A stretch of 32,064 nt of DNA, taken from contig JACRKL010000128.1 in assembly GCA_016219835.1 (NCBI GenBank), positions 1 to 32,064 of the forward strand. The letters run 5' to 3'. A program made the translations under genes and the position numbers. The stretch comes from Candidatus Woesearchaeota archaeon (GTDB lineage: Archaea > Nanobdellota > Nanobdellia > Woesearchaeales > JACRKL01). The notes below the pieces were generated by a model, which saw only the letters and a list, made by a program, of their open reading frames with translations, had not been told where the DNA came from and ran no database searches. This document shows positions 8,664 to 17,287 of the stretch, piece after piece (positions within the stretch are counted from its first letter, which is position 1; each line of letters opens with the position of its first letter).

Positions 8664-9623
8664 TCACCCAAACAACGTCGTTCCTTTGAACAGCGACATA
8701 TCGCTCAACGGTTCGTTGCTATGGATGCGGTCAATCGCTTCTGCAAGAATCTGCGCAATGGAAAGCACACGGATCTTCTCCTGCGAATGCGACAAGGGCA
8801 AAGAATCAGTCACTAATACTTCCTTGAAGGGAGATCCTTTGATGCGTTCAAACGCCGGCTCAGAAAAAACCCCATGCGTTGCTGCTGCATAGATATCCAG
8901 TGCACCTTTTTCCTTAAGGCATCGGGCGGCTTCGACAATCGAGCCTGCTGTATCAATAATGTCGTCGATGATGATCGCATGCTTTCCTTCTACATCACCG
9001 AGCACATGCAAGGCGGTTGCCACATTATGGCTCGTCCTTCGCTTGTCGATAACTGCAAGCGGAGCATTGAGCAGCTGGGCAAAACTTCTTGCCCGTTTTG
9101 TTCCGCCGGCATCAGGAGAAACAACAACAATGTTGTCCATACTCTTTTCAATAAAGTATTTTGCAAACACGGGAATAGCGCTGATGTTATCGGTTGCCAC
9201 ATTAAAAAAACCTTGGATGGCTCCTGAATGAAGGTCAAAGGTCACCATACGGTTGATGCCACTCGTCTCCAAAAGATTAGCAACTAATCGTGCAGTAATT
9301 GGTTCTCGCACAGCAGCTTGCTTGTCCTGCCGAGAGTAAATAAAATACGGCATGACAACGGTAATATCGCCTGCAGAGGCGCGCTTTAATGCATCAATCA
9401 AAACTAACAATCCAATAAAATTCTCGTTCAGATTTCCGGTAGGAGCATGAATAATAAACACTTCAGTTCCACGGACTGATTCCTCTGCCTTCACATAGAT
9501 TTCTCCGTTCTTGAACTGCTCAACATCTATCTTTTTTAATGGAACTGTAAGATGCTCGCTGACTTTTGCTGCAAGTTCTTGGCTGTTGAGACTTGCAATC
9601 AGACTAAGCTTGCGTTCTTTCAT
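8664..9623 (-). CDS. prs: ribose-phosphate pyrophosphokinase
   Basis: VVSPDAGGTKRARSFA and the PRPP-binding loop IIIDDIIDTAGS. Length and layout are typical of class I Prs. Confidence 0.9.
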   Translation of the reverse strand: MKERKLSLIASLNSQELAAKVSEHLTVPLKKIDVEQFKNGEIYVKAEESVRGTEVFIIHAPTGNLNENFIGLLVLIDALKRASAGDITVVMPYFIYSRQDKQAAVREPITARLVANLLETSGINRMVTFDLHSGAIQGFFNVATDNISAIPVFAKYFIEKSMDNIVVVSPDAGGTKRARSFAQLLNAPLAVIDKRRTSHNVATALHVLGDVEGKHAIIIDDIIDTAGSIVEAARCLKEKGALDIYAAATHGVFSEPAFERIKGSPFKEVLVTDSLPLSHSQEKIRVLSIAQILAEAIDRIHSNEPLSDMSLFKGTTLFG

Positions 9624-9632
9624 GGGTCATGA

Positions 9633-10304
9633 TCACCTGTTCAAGAATCCCAATGCTTCATCGGCATTCACAATCTCTGGTCCGCCGCACTGATCTCCAA
9701 CGATCAGCCCATGGTCATTGCAAATGATGCCGGAATGAATGTGAGATACGCCTAAGTTGATTGTCCCTTCCATACAGGGGACTTTCAACAACTCTTCAAC
9801 CATCTCTTTTTCAAACGCAAGAACATCACGGTGGATCAAACATCCTTTGTTATTTACAGCCGCAAGACTTCCCACATTCGACATCGAGGCAATCTCTCCT
9901 TTTTTGACCGGCACGTTCAATACCTGCGTAATCTGCTCGATGTCCTGCTTCGAGAAATCTTTGTTCACCAATGCACCGTGATCATTCACGAGAATATTAT
10001 TCCCCAAGGCAGTGAGTCTTGTAGGTAACACGGTACATGGAATGCCATGTTTCTTTAATGTTTCGATCTCATAAGGAAAAGCAATGCTCGGAATGAGAAG
10101 CCCATGCTTGTTGCCTGCCAAGAAAATCCCAACCAGCGATGTGCCACAGATTGTGGTCACAATAATCTCTGCATCCAATGCTTCCTTTATCTCTTTCATC
10201 GTCTTCTCTGGTATTCCCGGTCCAACAATGCAATACCTGTTATTTGCATAGGCATACAGTCCTACGTTGGGATTTCCCTGAATAGTGAGTTTGGCAAGGT
10301 GCAT
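9633..10304 (-). CDS. eif6: translation initiation factor 6 (aIF6)
   Basis: 223 aa. MHLAKLTIQGNPNVGLYAYANNRYCIV... with repeated GN..vG.l motifs of the eIF6 pentein fold. Confidence 0.9.
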   Translation of the reverse strand: MHLAKLTIQGNPNVGLYAYANNRYCIVGPGIPEKTMKEIKEALDAEIIVTTICGTSLVGIFLAGNKHGLLIPSIAFPYEIETLKKHGIPCTVLPTRLTALGNNILVNDHGALVNKDFSKQDIEQITQVLNVPVKKGEIASMSNVGSLAAVNNKGCLIHRDVLAFEKEMVEELLKVPCMEGTINLGVSHIHSGIICNDHGLIVGDQCGGPEIVNADEALGFLNR

Positions 10305-10336
10305 ATGACGGGATAAAGGTGGTTGCTTTAAAAGGT

Positions 10337-12058
10337 TTACGACTGACCGTTTACTTTCATGAGATCATAGACATACGCGATATACCGACTGTTTGTTGTT
10401 CTCGCCATTTTCTCGACGATCAATTCCGGTGTTGAATGAGCTAATCTTCCTAATACTGGATTATGGTCGACGATGAGCTCCATCTGCTCATTCAGCCCTT
10501 TTGCTTCAATGCCATCGATCCTTGCATGCGGAGGAAGCTGCTTGCTGATCTCCTGCCCAAGATGGGTAGCGATGATCATCCAGCATCCGTGCTCTATGAA
10601 ATAAGCAGCAGTCGCACAAATAATCTTCGCTGCAACACCTGGTTCGGTGACTGCTTCGATCTCATCGGCAAGCAGCAGCGTCTGTTTTCCAGGCGTGACA
10701 GAAGCCATTTGATTAAGCAACGTTTCAAATGCCCCTTTACTCATGCCACCTTTGGTTTTGGCGAAGTAATAGATCTCAGTGAACAACGGCAACTCAACGG
10801 TTCCATCGACTGGAAGCCCAAGGTGATGGAAGACAATGATCTGGAGGAGATGCTCCAGCAGCGTTGTTTTTCCTCCGCTGTTTGCTCCGGTTAACATCGA
10901 GCAACGGTCTTCCGCAGTAAGATGAAAAGAAATCGGCTCAGGCTTTTGCAGGAACAGATTTCTGGCATGCTGTATCCTCACCTGTTCGCTGAGTTGAGGA
11001 TAATGACCCTGCAGAAATGGACTCGTGCCTGCAATGAAATCAGCCAACAGCAGACACTCTTCTATCCTCTTGAGCTCTTCAGGAATACTCCTTAACGCAA
11101 GGGCATGTTGCTTCAGTTTGCGTACAAATGTTGTAGACTGCTCATTGCCCTGATCTTTAGTGTAGTTCTGCAACGCTTCAAGATCCGGTGCAACGGGAAT
11201 AGCCATGGTAAACAACATCGCAGGAAGACCCGACTGCTGCATGCTTTCCGCAATCACTCGTCGAACATCTTCGGGATAGATTCCTTTGCTCATTGCCGTG
11301 ATCAGTGCTTCTCCGGAAAGGGTTAATCCCTGCAAGTGCTCATTGAGCCGTTGATTGATCTTTTTGCACGCGTGCTGCAGCATTTCTTCGTCGATTTTTT
11401 GGTCATGCCTTTCCAGCAATCCTAAGAGTGGCACTAAGTTTTCCAGTTTGATCCGGTTTTGCAGGAGTGGCGGTAGTTGCACATTTTCAAGTACCTGAAG
11501 ATTTTCCTTCCATGCCGATAACATCACGAGATAGTGCTCCAGATACGCTTCATCTTTCTCTACAAAGACGGTCTGGGGGAGTTGTTCCAGCGCTTCTCTG
11601 TACGTATCTGCGCCAACAACTTGCACGAGATCATATCCTTCGAGTTCGCGAAGATCATGGGCTGACTGCACCAGCATGACCGGAATCGCTCTTCTTCTGA
11701 AATCAAGGTAAGCATGCTCATCTTCCGTAGCGATGATGATGTTATACGGCGGCTTCCAGTATGGCTTTGGTTCCTTCATGGTCTCCAGAAAATGGCCGCC
11801 TATGGTTGGCAAGGACTGGAAAAAAGATTGCCGTTGCTTGATTTCTTCAGGTGATGACGTCTCAAGAAGCGTCAGCAGCCTGGCAGTTGCTGCAAAATGA
11901 AATCTTCTTGATATTCTCTCGAGCACCCTTGTCTGCACTGCCTTTGCTTCTTTCGTCTTAAATGCAGACTTCTTTTTGTCTAAGCTTTCCGGAGCAGCAG
12001 ATTCGGTAAACGGAGAAAGCCGCTGCTTTCGTATGGTGTCGAGGAATTGATCAAGCAT
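10337..12058 (-). CDS. MutS-related ATPase (MutS domain V, MutS2-like, no Smr domain)
   Basis: LTGANSGGKTTLLEHL (MutS-type Walker A), LLLADEIEAVTEPG (Walker B) and MIIATHLGQEI (MutS TH motif). The protein ends about 180 aa after Walker A. The ATG start is taken at 12058, with a TATA-like box at 12086-12096. Confidence 0.75.
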   Translation of the reverse strand: MLDQFLDTIRKQRLSPFTESAAPESLDKKKSAFKTKEAKAVQTRVLERISRRFHFAATARLLTLLETSSPEEIKQRQSFFQSLPTIGGHFLETMKEPKPYWKPPYNIIIATEDEHAYLDFRRRAIPVMLVQSAHDLRELEGYDLVQVVGADTYREALEQLPQTVFVEKDEAYLEHYLVMLSAWKENLQVLENVQLPPLLQNRIKLENLVPLLGLLERHDQKIDEEMLQHACKKINQRLNEHLQGLTLSGEALITAMSKGIYPEDVRRVIAESMQQSGLPAMLFTMAIPVAPDLEALQNYTKDQGNEQSTTFVRKLKQHALALRSIPEELKRIEECLLLADFIAGTSPFLQGHYPQLSEQVRIQHARNLFLQKPEPISFHLTAEDRCSMLTGANSGGKTTLLEHLLQIIVFHHLGLPVDGTVELPLFTEIYYFAKTKGGMSKGAFETLLNQMASVTPGKQTLLLADEIEAVTEPGVAAKIICATAAYFIEHGCWMIIATHLGQEISKQLPPHARIDGIEAKGLNEQMELIVDHNPVLGRLAHSTPELIVEKMARTTNSRYIAYVYDLMKVNGQS

Positions 12059-12191
12059 GTTCAACAAGATGCTTAAAATGGCTGCCTTTTATATTGTTAT
12101 AGGTGAGAGACATGGAGAGGGCAGTACCCAGTTTAGGGATGCAGCCAGCATACTGTAAACACATAAAAACCTCCTCAGCTTTCCAAACCTC

Positions 12192-13229
12192 ATGAAAGAA
12201 ATACTCCGCCGTTTTGCTGATGATCTTCGTGCTTCTCCACAGCAGGGCGAACGTATCTTCTTTGGTAATGCTACCTATGACGGCTTGGAAATCAGCAGCA
12301 GCAATTTCCATACGCTTTCTCTCCGCGATTCTGGGATTGGATCTACTCCTCGTATTGCCTTTGTTGACGGCGGCAATCAGGAGCTGTTGGGCGGCGCAAA
12401 TTTCTCCCTGCAACTGATGCGCATCGCTGCCTGCGTCTTCCAGCATGACCAATGCATAGAACGAAAAATGGTGGAATTTCTGTTATACTGCCATGCCACT
12501 AAAAGCAAGAGCCTGATCTATACTGCACATCCATCGATTCTGCAGGGTAACTTTTCTCTGGCATCCTGCGAAGTTGATCCGTTTGATCCTGCTCTCCGGC
12601 AAGGTCACTTTCGTATGCCGATCTCACGCATGGGTGATCTCTTTCGCCGAAGGGCAGAATTGCAGATGGCAGAATCAATGCTCTCTACGCTCCGCAAGGG
12701 TGATCTTCTGTTGCTGGATGGTCAGTTGCAAGAGAACATTGCGTACGATGATACCTACCCTCGTTTGCTCACTGCAACTGCAATGCAGCAGAATATTTTG
12801 CTTACCGCACTTGCAAAAACAGACACCTTGCTCACTGAAAACGGCAAGAGTGTTTCTTCCCTTCTGCAGCAGATGGCTCCTTCGGGTGCATGGTACTATC
12901 ATCCGTGTGCAGCTTGTCAACCTACGCAACCGGATACTGCATTTGTGAAACTTCATCCAAAGGCGACGCATCTTTTTCGCCTTGAGTTTCTTCATGACCA
13001 GCCGTTGCAGCAGATCGCACTGCTCCTTGCATCCCATGCTCATGACCCTGTCTTTTTGGGCTATCCCTATGGCATGATTGCAGCAGATCAACTCGCCAGA
13101 ATTACCAACCATGATGCGGCATTCATGAAAACGAAAGTCCTGATTTCTCTGGGAAAAGATGCTCAACATCTTGGCTCAGCCCTCGCTGCACAGGATGCCC
13201 ACAGCGTGCTCGATCACATCCGTTTCTAG
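12192..13229 (+). CDS. NurA-like 5'-3' nuclease domain protein
   Basis: RIAFVDGGNQ, GDLLLLDGQL, GYPYGMIAADQLARI and AHSVLD resemble the acidic and DGS/L-type motifs and the C-terminal YP...A..LA motif of NurA. ACATAAAAAC lies 22-31 nt upstream of the ATG. Confidence 0.55.
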   Translation: MKEILRRFADDLRASPQQGERIFFGNATYDGLEISSSNFHTLSLRDSGIGSTPRIAFVDGGNQELLGGANFSLQLMRIAACVFQHDQCIERKMVEFLLYCHATKSKSLIYTAHPSILQGNFSLASCEVDPFDPALRQGHFRMPISRMGDLFRRRAELQMAESMLSTLRKGDLLLLDGQLQENIAYDDTYPRLLTATAMQQNILLTALAKTDTLLTENGKSVSSLLQQMAPSGAWYYHPCAACQPTQPDTAFVKLHPKATHLFRLEFLHDQPLQQIALLLASHAHDPVFLGYPYGMIAADQLARITNHDAAFMKTKVLISLGKDAQHLGSALAAQDAHSVLDHIRF

Positions 13230-13366
13230 GGGTTCATTCTCTCTTGAACTGCAACAACAAGGAATATTATCAACAAGAGATATTCCTCTAAGAATATTTC
13301 TGCCATGAATATTTTTAAACGCTGATGATCTTCTGGAGTCTCAAGAGTTATCCTTGGAGGGAAACC

Positions 13367-14524
13367 ATGAACGACGTCTATTTTATAACTTCGGAAAGTG
13401 TTACGGAAGGTCATCCCGATAAAATCTGTGACCAAGTCAGCGATGGCATCCTTGACGAATTGTATAAGCAGGATCCTTATTCTCGCGTTGCTGTGGAAAC
13501 CTTGACGACGACTGGCTTAGTCATGGTCGCCGGTGAAGTTACCACCAAAGGGTTTGTCGATGTGCAGAAAGTGGTACGAGATACATTGCGCGCTATTGGC
13601 TACACTGACCCTGGCTACGGCATTGATTGCGAAGATGCCGGTGTCTTGGTAAGCATCCATGAACAGTCTCCGGATATTGCACAAGGCGTAGATGAAAGCA
13701 AAGACAAAGAGCAAGGGGCAGGCGATCAGGGTATGATGTATGGCTTTGCATGCGATGAAACTCCGGAACTCATGCCTCTTCCGATTATGCTCTCACACCG
13801 CTTGACTCGGCGCTTGTCTGAAGTTCGTAAAAACGGCACGCTTCCGTATCTTGGTCCTGATGGCAAAAGCCAGGTTTCTGTTGAGTACCACCATGGCAAG
13901 CCCGTGCGTGTTGATGCCGTTGTTATTGCAGCACAGCATCGTGAAGAAATTAATTTAGAACAGGTGCGCAGAGACATTCTTCGAGAAGTTATCAAGCCCG
14001 TGTGCGGAACATTGCTCGATGCAAATACAAAACTCCACATCAATGCAACGGGTAAGTTCGTCATCGGTGGTCCACAAGGCGATACGGGAGTAACAGGACG
14101 TAAGATCATTGTCGATACCTATGGTGGTGTCGGCAGGCATGGCGGCGGTGCTTTCTCGGGGAAAGATCCAACGAAAGTGGACAGAAGCGGAGCGTACATG
14201 GCACGCTATATTGCCAAGAATATTGTTGCTGCCAACCTTGCCAGTAAGTGTGAAGTGCAATTGTCCTATGCAATAGGCGTTGCCCAACCTACTTCGGTCA
14301 ACGTTGATTGTTTTGGAACTGCAAAAATCCCTGAAGCAAAGATGGCGGAACTCGTTCGAAAGCATTTCTCCCTCACGCCAAAAGGAATTATTGATTCCCT
14401 GAACTTGAGGCGTCCGATCTATAAAAAATCAGCATCCTACGGTCATTTCGGACGGCATGAAGAAGAATTCACTTGGGAGAAATGTGACAAGGCAGAAGCC
14501 CTGAAGAGAGACAGCGGGTTGTAA
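13367..14524 (+). CDS. metK: S-adenosylmethionine synthetase, bacterial/eukaryotic MetK type
   Basis: [19 protein letters not shown] and [16 protein letters not shown]. The start is at ATG 13367, with GGAGG 6 nt upstream. Confidence 0.95.
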   Translation: MNDVYFITSESVTEGHPDKICDQVSDGILDELYKQDPYSRVAVETLTTTGLVMVAGEVTTKGFVDVQKVVRDTLRAIGYTDPGYGIDCEDAGVLVSIHEQSPDIAQGVDESKDKEQGAGDQGMMYGFACDETPELMPLPIMLSHRLTRRLSEVRKNGTLPYLGPDGKSQVSVEYHHGKPVRVDAVVIAAQHREEINLEQVRRDILREVIKPVCGTLLDANTKLHINATGKFVIGGPQGDTGVTGRKIIVDTYGGVGRHGGGAFSGKDPTKVDRSGAYMARYIAKNIVAANLASKCEVQLSYAIGVAQPTSVNVDCFGTAKIPEAKMAELVRKHFSLTPKGIIDSLNLRRPIYKKSASYGHFGRHEEEFTWEKCDKAEALKRDSGL

Positions 14525-14568
14525 TCTGTTGGGCATTCCGCCTTTTCTTTTTGCTTTTCTTCTATGCA

Positions 14569-15147
14569 TTAATCCGTCAACCCATGTTCTCTGATTCTTT
14601 CCGGGTTAATGTATGCCCCATCCATAATCCAAAGTGAGCCTTCGTTCTTGCTCTGCCCTTTGTTGTAAGCGTAGAGGATCTTTGCACTGGACAGATGGCT
14701 TACTGCTGTTCGTCTGATTCTCACGATGATCTCGCCGGTAATCACATTCCAGCAGGGTTTTCCTCTGAGAACTGCGCCTTGCTGAAACTCGTCTCGTGTG
14801 GTGAGAAACAATGATTCATAAGCCAGCGTGATGGGTCTGCCTTCCAATGCTTCCTGATAATGGAAGTGAAGTTCATCAGTAAGGTCATGAGGTCTGATCT
14901 CTGAAATAATCAGGTATTGCTTCGTGACCAAAGACTGAAGGTCATTTCCAAAAGCACCTTCCGATTTTAGTCGATCAAAAGCCAAAGCGCCAGTGTCATA
15001 CAGGTGGAGGCTCTCTCTCTGCTGGAGCTGCTGCCGTGCAAATGCATCTAGAAACGCGAGGTAGTTGAACTCTGCATTCTGCAAGCGTTGCCATAACTCG
15101 TTGTTCATGAGCGATTGCAGATGAAGATAGGGGTAGTTTTCTTCCAT
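14569..15147 (-). CDS. hypothetical protein
   Basis: 192-aa ORF with an AT-rich TATA-like tract (15175-15191) 28-44 nt upstream. No family recognised. Confidence 0.5.
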   Translation of the reverse strand: MEENYPYLHLQSLMNNELWQRLQNAEFNYLAFLDAFARQQLQQRESLHLYDTGALAFDRLKSEGAFGNDLQSLVTKQYLIISEIRPHDLTDELHFHYQEALEGRPITLAYESLFLTTRDEFQQGAVLRGKPCWNVITGEIIVRIRRTAVSHLSSAKILYAYNKGQSKNEGSLWIMDGAYINPERIREHGLTD

Positions 15148-15191
15148 GGTAATCCAGAATATTCAAGGGAATCATTTTTTAATTTTAAAGG

Positions 15192-15536
15192 TTACGATCT
15201 TTCAACGATCTTCATCTGGTCTATGAGCACTTCTTTCTTGCCCCTATTGTTGGAGACTCTTCCGGTGACCTCTACAGTATCTCCTTGTTGCACTTCCAGC
15301 TGATCAAACGCAACAGCTTCACTCACGCAAGCATGCTGCACCGTTAGCTGTGTTGTTCCCGTCGTATGCTTGACATCTAGAATCACTCCGTGAAGCCTTA
15401 CCATCTCTTGGTCGTCAGCAAGCTGAATCATCTTCTCCGGCAGCGGTACGAGAGCAGAGATGATTATGATCAGGGCAATGCCGATGATGCACAGAATCAT
15501 ACTAAGTTGAAGAAGCGTATTATCTGTCATTTCCAT
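15192..15536 (-). CDS. membrane-anchored OB-fold protein (hypothetical)
   Basis: An N-terminal TM helix (LLQLSMILCIIGIALIIIISALV) is followed by about 70 aa resembling tRNA_anti-like OB folds (VRLHGVILDV...GDTVEVTGRV). Confidence 0.55.
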   Translation of the reverse strand: MEMTDNTLLQLSMILCIIGIALIIIISALVPLPEKMIQLADDQEMVRLHGVILDVKHTTGTTQLTVQHACVSEAVAFDQLEVQQGDTVEVTGRVSNNRGKKEVLIDQMKIVERS

Positions 15537-15566
15537 CTCTCGGTTATCGGTGCATGCCTTAAAAAA

Positions 15567-15760
15567 GATCTCGACAGAAAATCTGAAAATCCTTCGGATT
15601 TCGTCAGAGCCTGCCGAAAGGGCTCTGTAGAAAGTCTCGCTATCGCTCGACTGAGCAGCTCAAAACCTTCGCTTCTGCTTTCTAATAATCGACATTCCCC
15701 GTAAGGGGCATCCCGATGCATCTACGCTCCGGTTTTTGACGAGAAAATCACAAGATAGAG
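15567..15760. repeat. cluster of degenerate fragments of the MITE termini
   Basis: Three fragments resemble the MITE ends. At 15567-15611, GATCTCGACAGAAAATC...GGATTTCGTCAGAGCC forms an inverted mini-pair. At 15621-15640, GGCTCTGTAGAAAGTCTCGC resembles the 5' end GGCTCTGACGAAAATCACGC. At 15731-15760, GGTTTTTGACGAGAAAATCACAAGATAGAG resembles the 5' end plus the CGCAAGATGCGAG hairpin. Confidence 0.45.
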
Positions 15761-15762
15761 AT

Positions 15763-16581
15763 TCACTCAAACACCATCCCCCGCGCATCTTTTCCTTCCA
15801 TTATACCAACAACATGATGATCTTTCAGAGTCAACGTTCCGTTCTCGTGAAGTTGCTGTACTATAGGAGAAGATTGATCCACCATAAAAGAAGTGTACCT
15901 AAAACGACCAGCTGCATATGTACCTTTGAAGAGAAAAATACCCTTGTCGGAGTATACAGCAAGTGTACGAAGATGGATTTCCATGGATCTAGACACTCGG
16001 GGATCATCCTCATGGATCAGCTGAAGCCTTCTTTCAGCCATCTTCAAAGACTCATTGCAATGAAACGAACATGGGCAATGGCTCAACGTCGGGAAATCAA
16101 AGTACCGCCCGAAAATGTTCATGGGGAAAGGAGCAGTATCTCCTACCGTGTTGTCAAAAGCAGGAAGCACAAAGTCGTTGTTCTTTTGCTCTTCTTGCTG
16201 ATGATGCTTCTTAAAGAATGAGCAACAGCATGATGGATAACCCAGAACGTTGCCCAAGCCAAGATGATCCTGCCGTTGTTCCAGAAAAGCAGCACGATCG
16301 GCATCCTCTTTTGTGAGAGATGCATAGAACAGCTGCGACGTCTGCTTGTTCTGTTCTCTGGGAATCAGATAGCCTTTGCTTGAATACCCGCCACTTGACG
16401 AAGATCCGACTGCCGCTCCCCAGCAGAACGCAATTTTGTTTGAGGTACAATAGTTCTCAACACCTTTCTGAAGGTGCTCCGGAATGATCATCCTTGCAAC
16501 GGGTTTTATTCCTGCAAGCACTTCCATAATCTCAAACGCCCTGCTCTGGTTGCCAAAGACCTGCATCAGATAAGGAATCAT
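15763..16581 (-). CDS. hypothetical Cys-motif protein (GYPSCCCSFF ... SHCPCSFHC)
   Basis: 272-aa ORF. Minus-strand CTATTTAAG (16603-16611) lies 22-30 nt upstream of the ATG. Clustered Cys/His motifs suggest metal binding. Any resemblance to archaeal DUF483-type GYPxCC proteins is a vague recollection only. Confidence 0.55.
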   Translation of the reverse strand: MIPYLMQVFGNQSRAFEIMEVLAGIKPVARMIIPEHLQKGVENYCTSNKIAFCWGAAVGSSSSGGYSSKGYLIPREQNKQTSQLFYASLTKEDADRAAFLEQRQDHLGLGNVLGYPSCCCSFFKKHHQQEEQKNNDFVLPAFDNTVGDTAPFPMNIFGRYFDFPTLSHCPCSFHCNESLKMAERRLQLIHEDDPRVSRSMEIHLRTLAVYSDKGIFLFKGTYAAGRFRYTSFMVDQSSPIVQQLHENGTLTLKDHHVVGIMEGKDARGMVFE

Positions 16582-16625
16582 AGGTACTCAAGAGGATGAT
16601 TACTTAAATAGATGATGTCTGCACT

Positions 16626-16789
16626 GGCTCTGGTGAAAATCTCGCAAGATGCGAGGTTCTGCCATCGGTTCGCATGGTTTCTGGGTATTCTGCTAGCGGA
16701 AATTCCCATTGGAATTCCCTTTCCGCCTGAATGGTTTATGCTACTGATGCTCACATGAGGATGGCAGAACTGACATTTTCACCGGAGCC
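16626..16789. mobile_element. MITE-like non-autonomous element, copy A (164 bp)
   Basis: The terminal inverted repeats are GGCTCTGGTGAAAAT (16626-16640) and ATTTTCACCGGAGCC (16775-16789). An inner pair is GTTCTGCCATC (16656-16666) and GATGGCAGAAC (16760-16770). It is flanked by the perfect 9-bp direct repeat GTCTGCACT (16617-16625 and 16790-16798). It has no ORF, and its ends are homologous to copy B. Confidence 0.8.
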
Positions 16790-17177
16790 GTCTGCACTTA
16801 GAAATATGCAACGCCGGTGCGATGATACTGCCCTCGATCATGCACCAGAGGAAAAGCAAGCCCAGAGCTAATGAAAAGAGAAGTGTTGATGACAGCATCA
16901 GACAGAGAACAAAGAAGACAAGTACACGAACTCGAGAGAAAAAACGCTGCATGATGATCTGCAAGCCAAAAGCAAGAAGCACTGCTGCAGGAAGCGGTGC
17001 CATGGTAGAAAAAAAGGACATCAGAAGGGCAAACGTGATACCGTGACTTGTGAAACGAAGGTACGACATTCCATAAGCAATCTCTTCATGAGCAAGCAAG
17101 GCAAGCACGACCCCAGTTATCACCCCTAAACCTGTAGAAAACAAGATAATCAAAACAACGAAGAGTAAGGAAGTCAT
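16779..17177 (-). CDS. small multi-TM membrane protein (hypothetical); 3' end rewritten by MITE copy A
   Basis: The start is taken at ATG 17177 (MTSLLFVVLI...), with AGTATATAATTTTTAC 21-36 nt upstream. The last 3 codons and the stop (16779-16790) come from the MITE. Confidence 0.5.
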   Translation of the reverse strand: MTSLLFVVLIILFSTGLGVITGVVLALLAHEEIAYGMSYLRFTSHGITFALLMSFFSTMAPLPAAVLLAFGLQIIMQRFFSRVRVLVFFVLCLMLSSTLLFSLALGLLFLWCMIEGSIIAPALHISKCRRLR

Positions 17178-17287
17178 ACGTTCATGCCAATATGCTAGTA
17201 TATAATTTTTACCTTCGAGGTAATGACAATATTTATAAAGAGGTTTCTCTTCAATCAAGATTAATTGTCACAGAGGGGGGGTTTAGA

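Noticed and set aside
12051-12452. 133-aa minus-strand ORF spanning the MutS/NurA spacer
   Set aside because: It overlaps the NurA-like CDS on the opposite strand and the promoter region. The NurA-like frame has family motifs and this one has none.
13230-13366. SAM riboswitch upstream of metK
   Set aside because: The predicted leader is only about 45 nt and none of the S-box-type helices are visible.
15621-15640. RNase P CR-I-like string GUAGAAAGUCU, with ACAGAAA at 15574-15580
   Set aside because: It does not match GAGGAAAGUCC exactly, the order of the CR-like strings is wrong, and the same string aligns better to the MITE 5' terminus.
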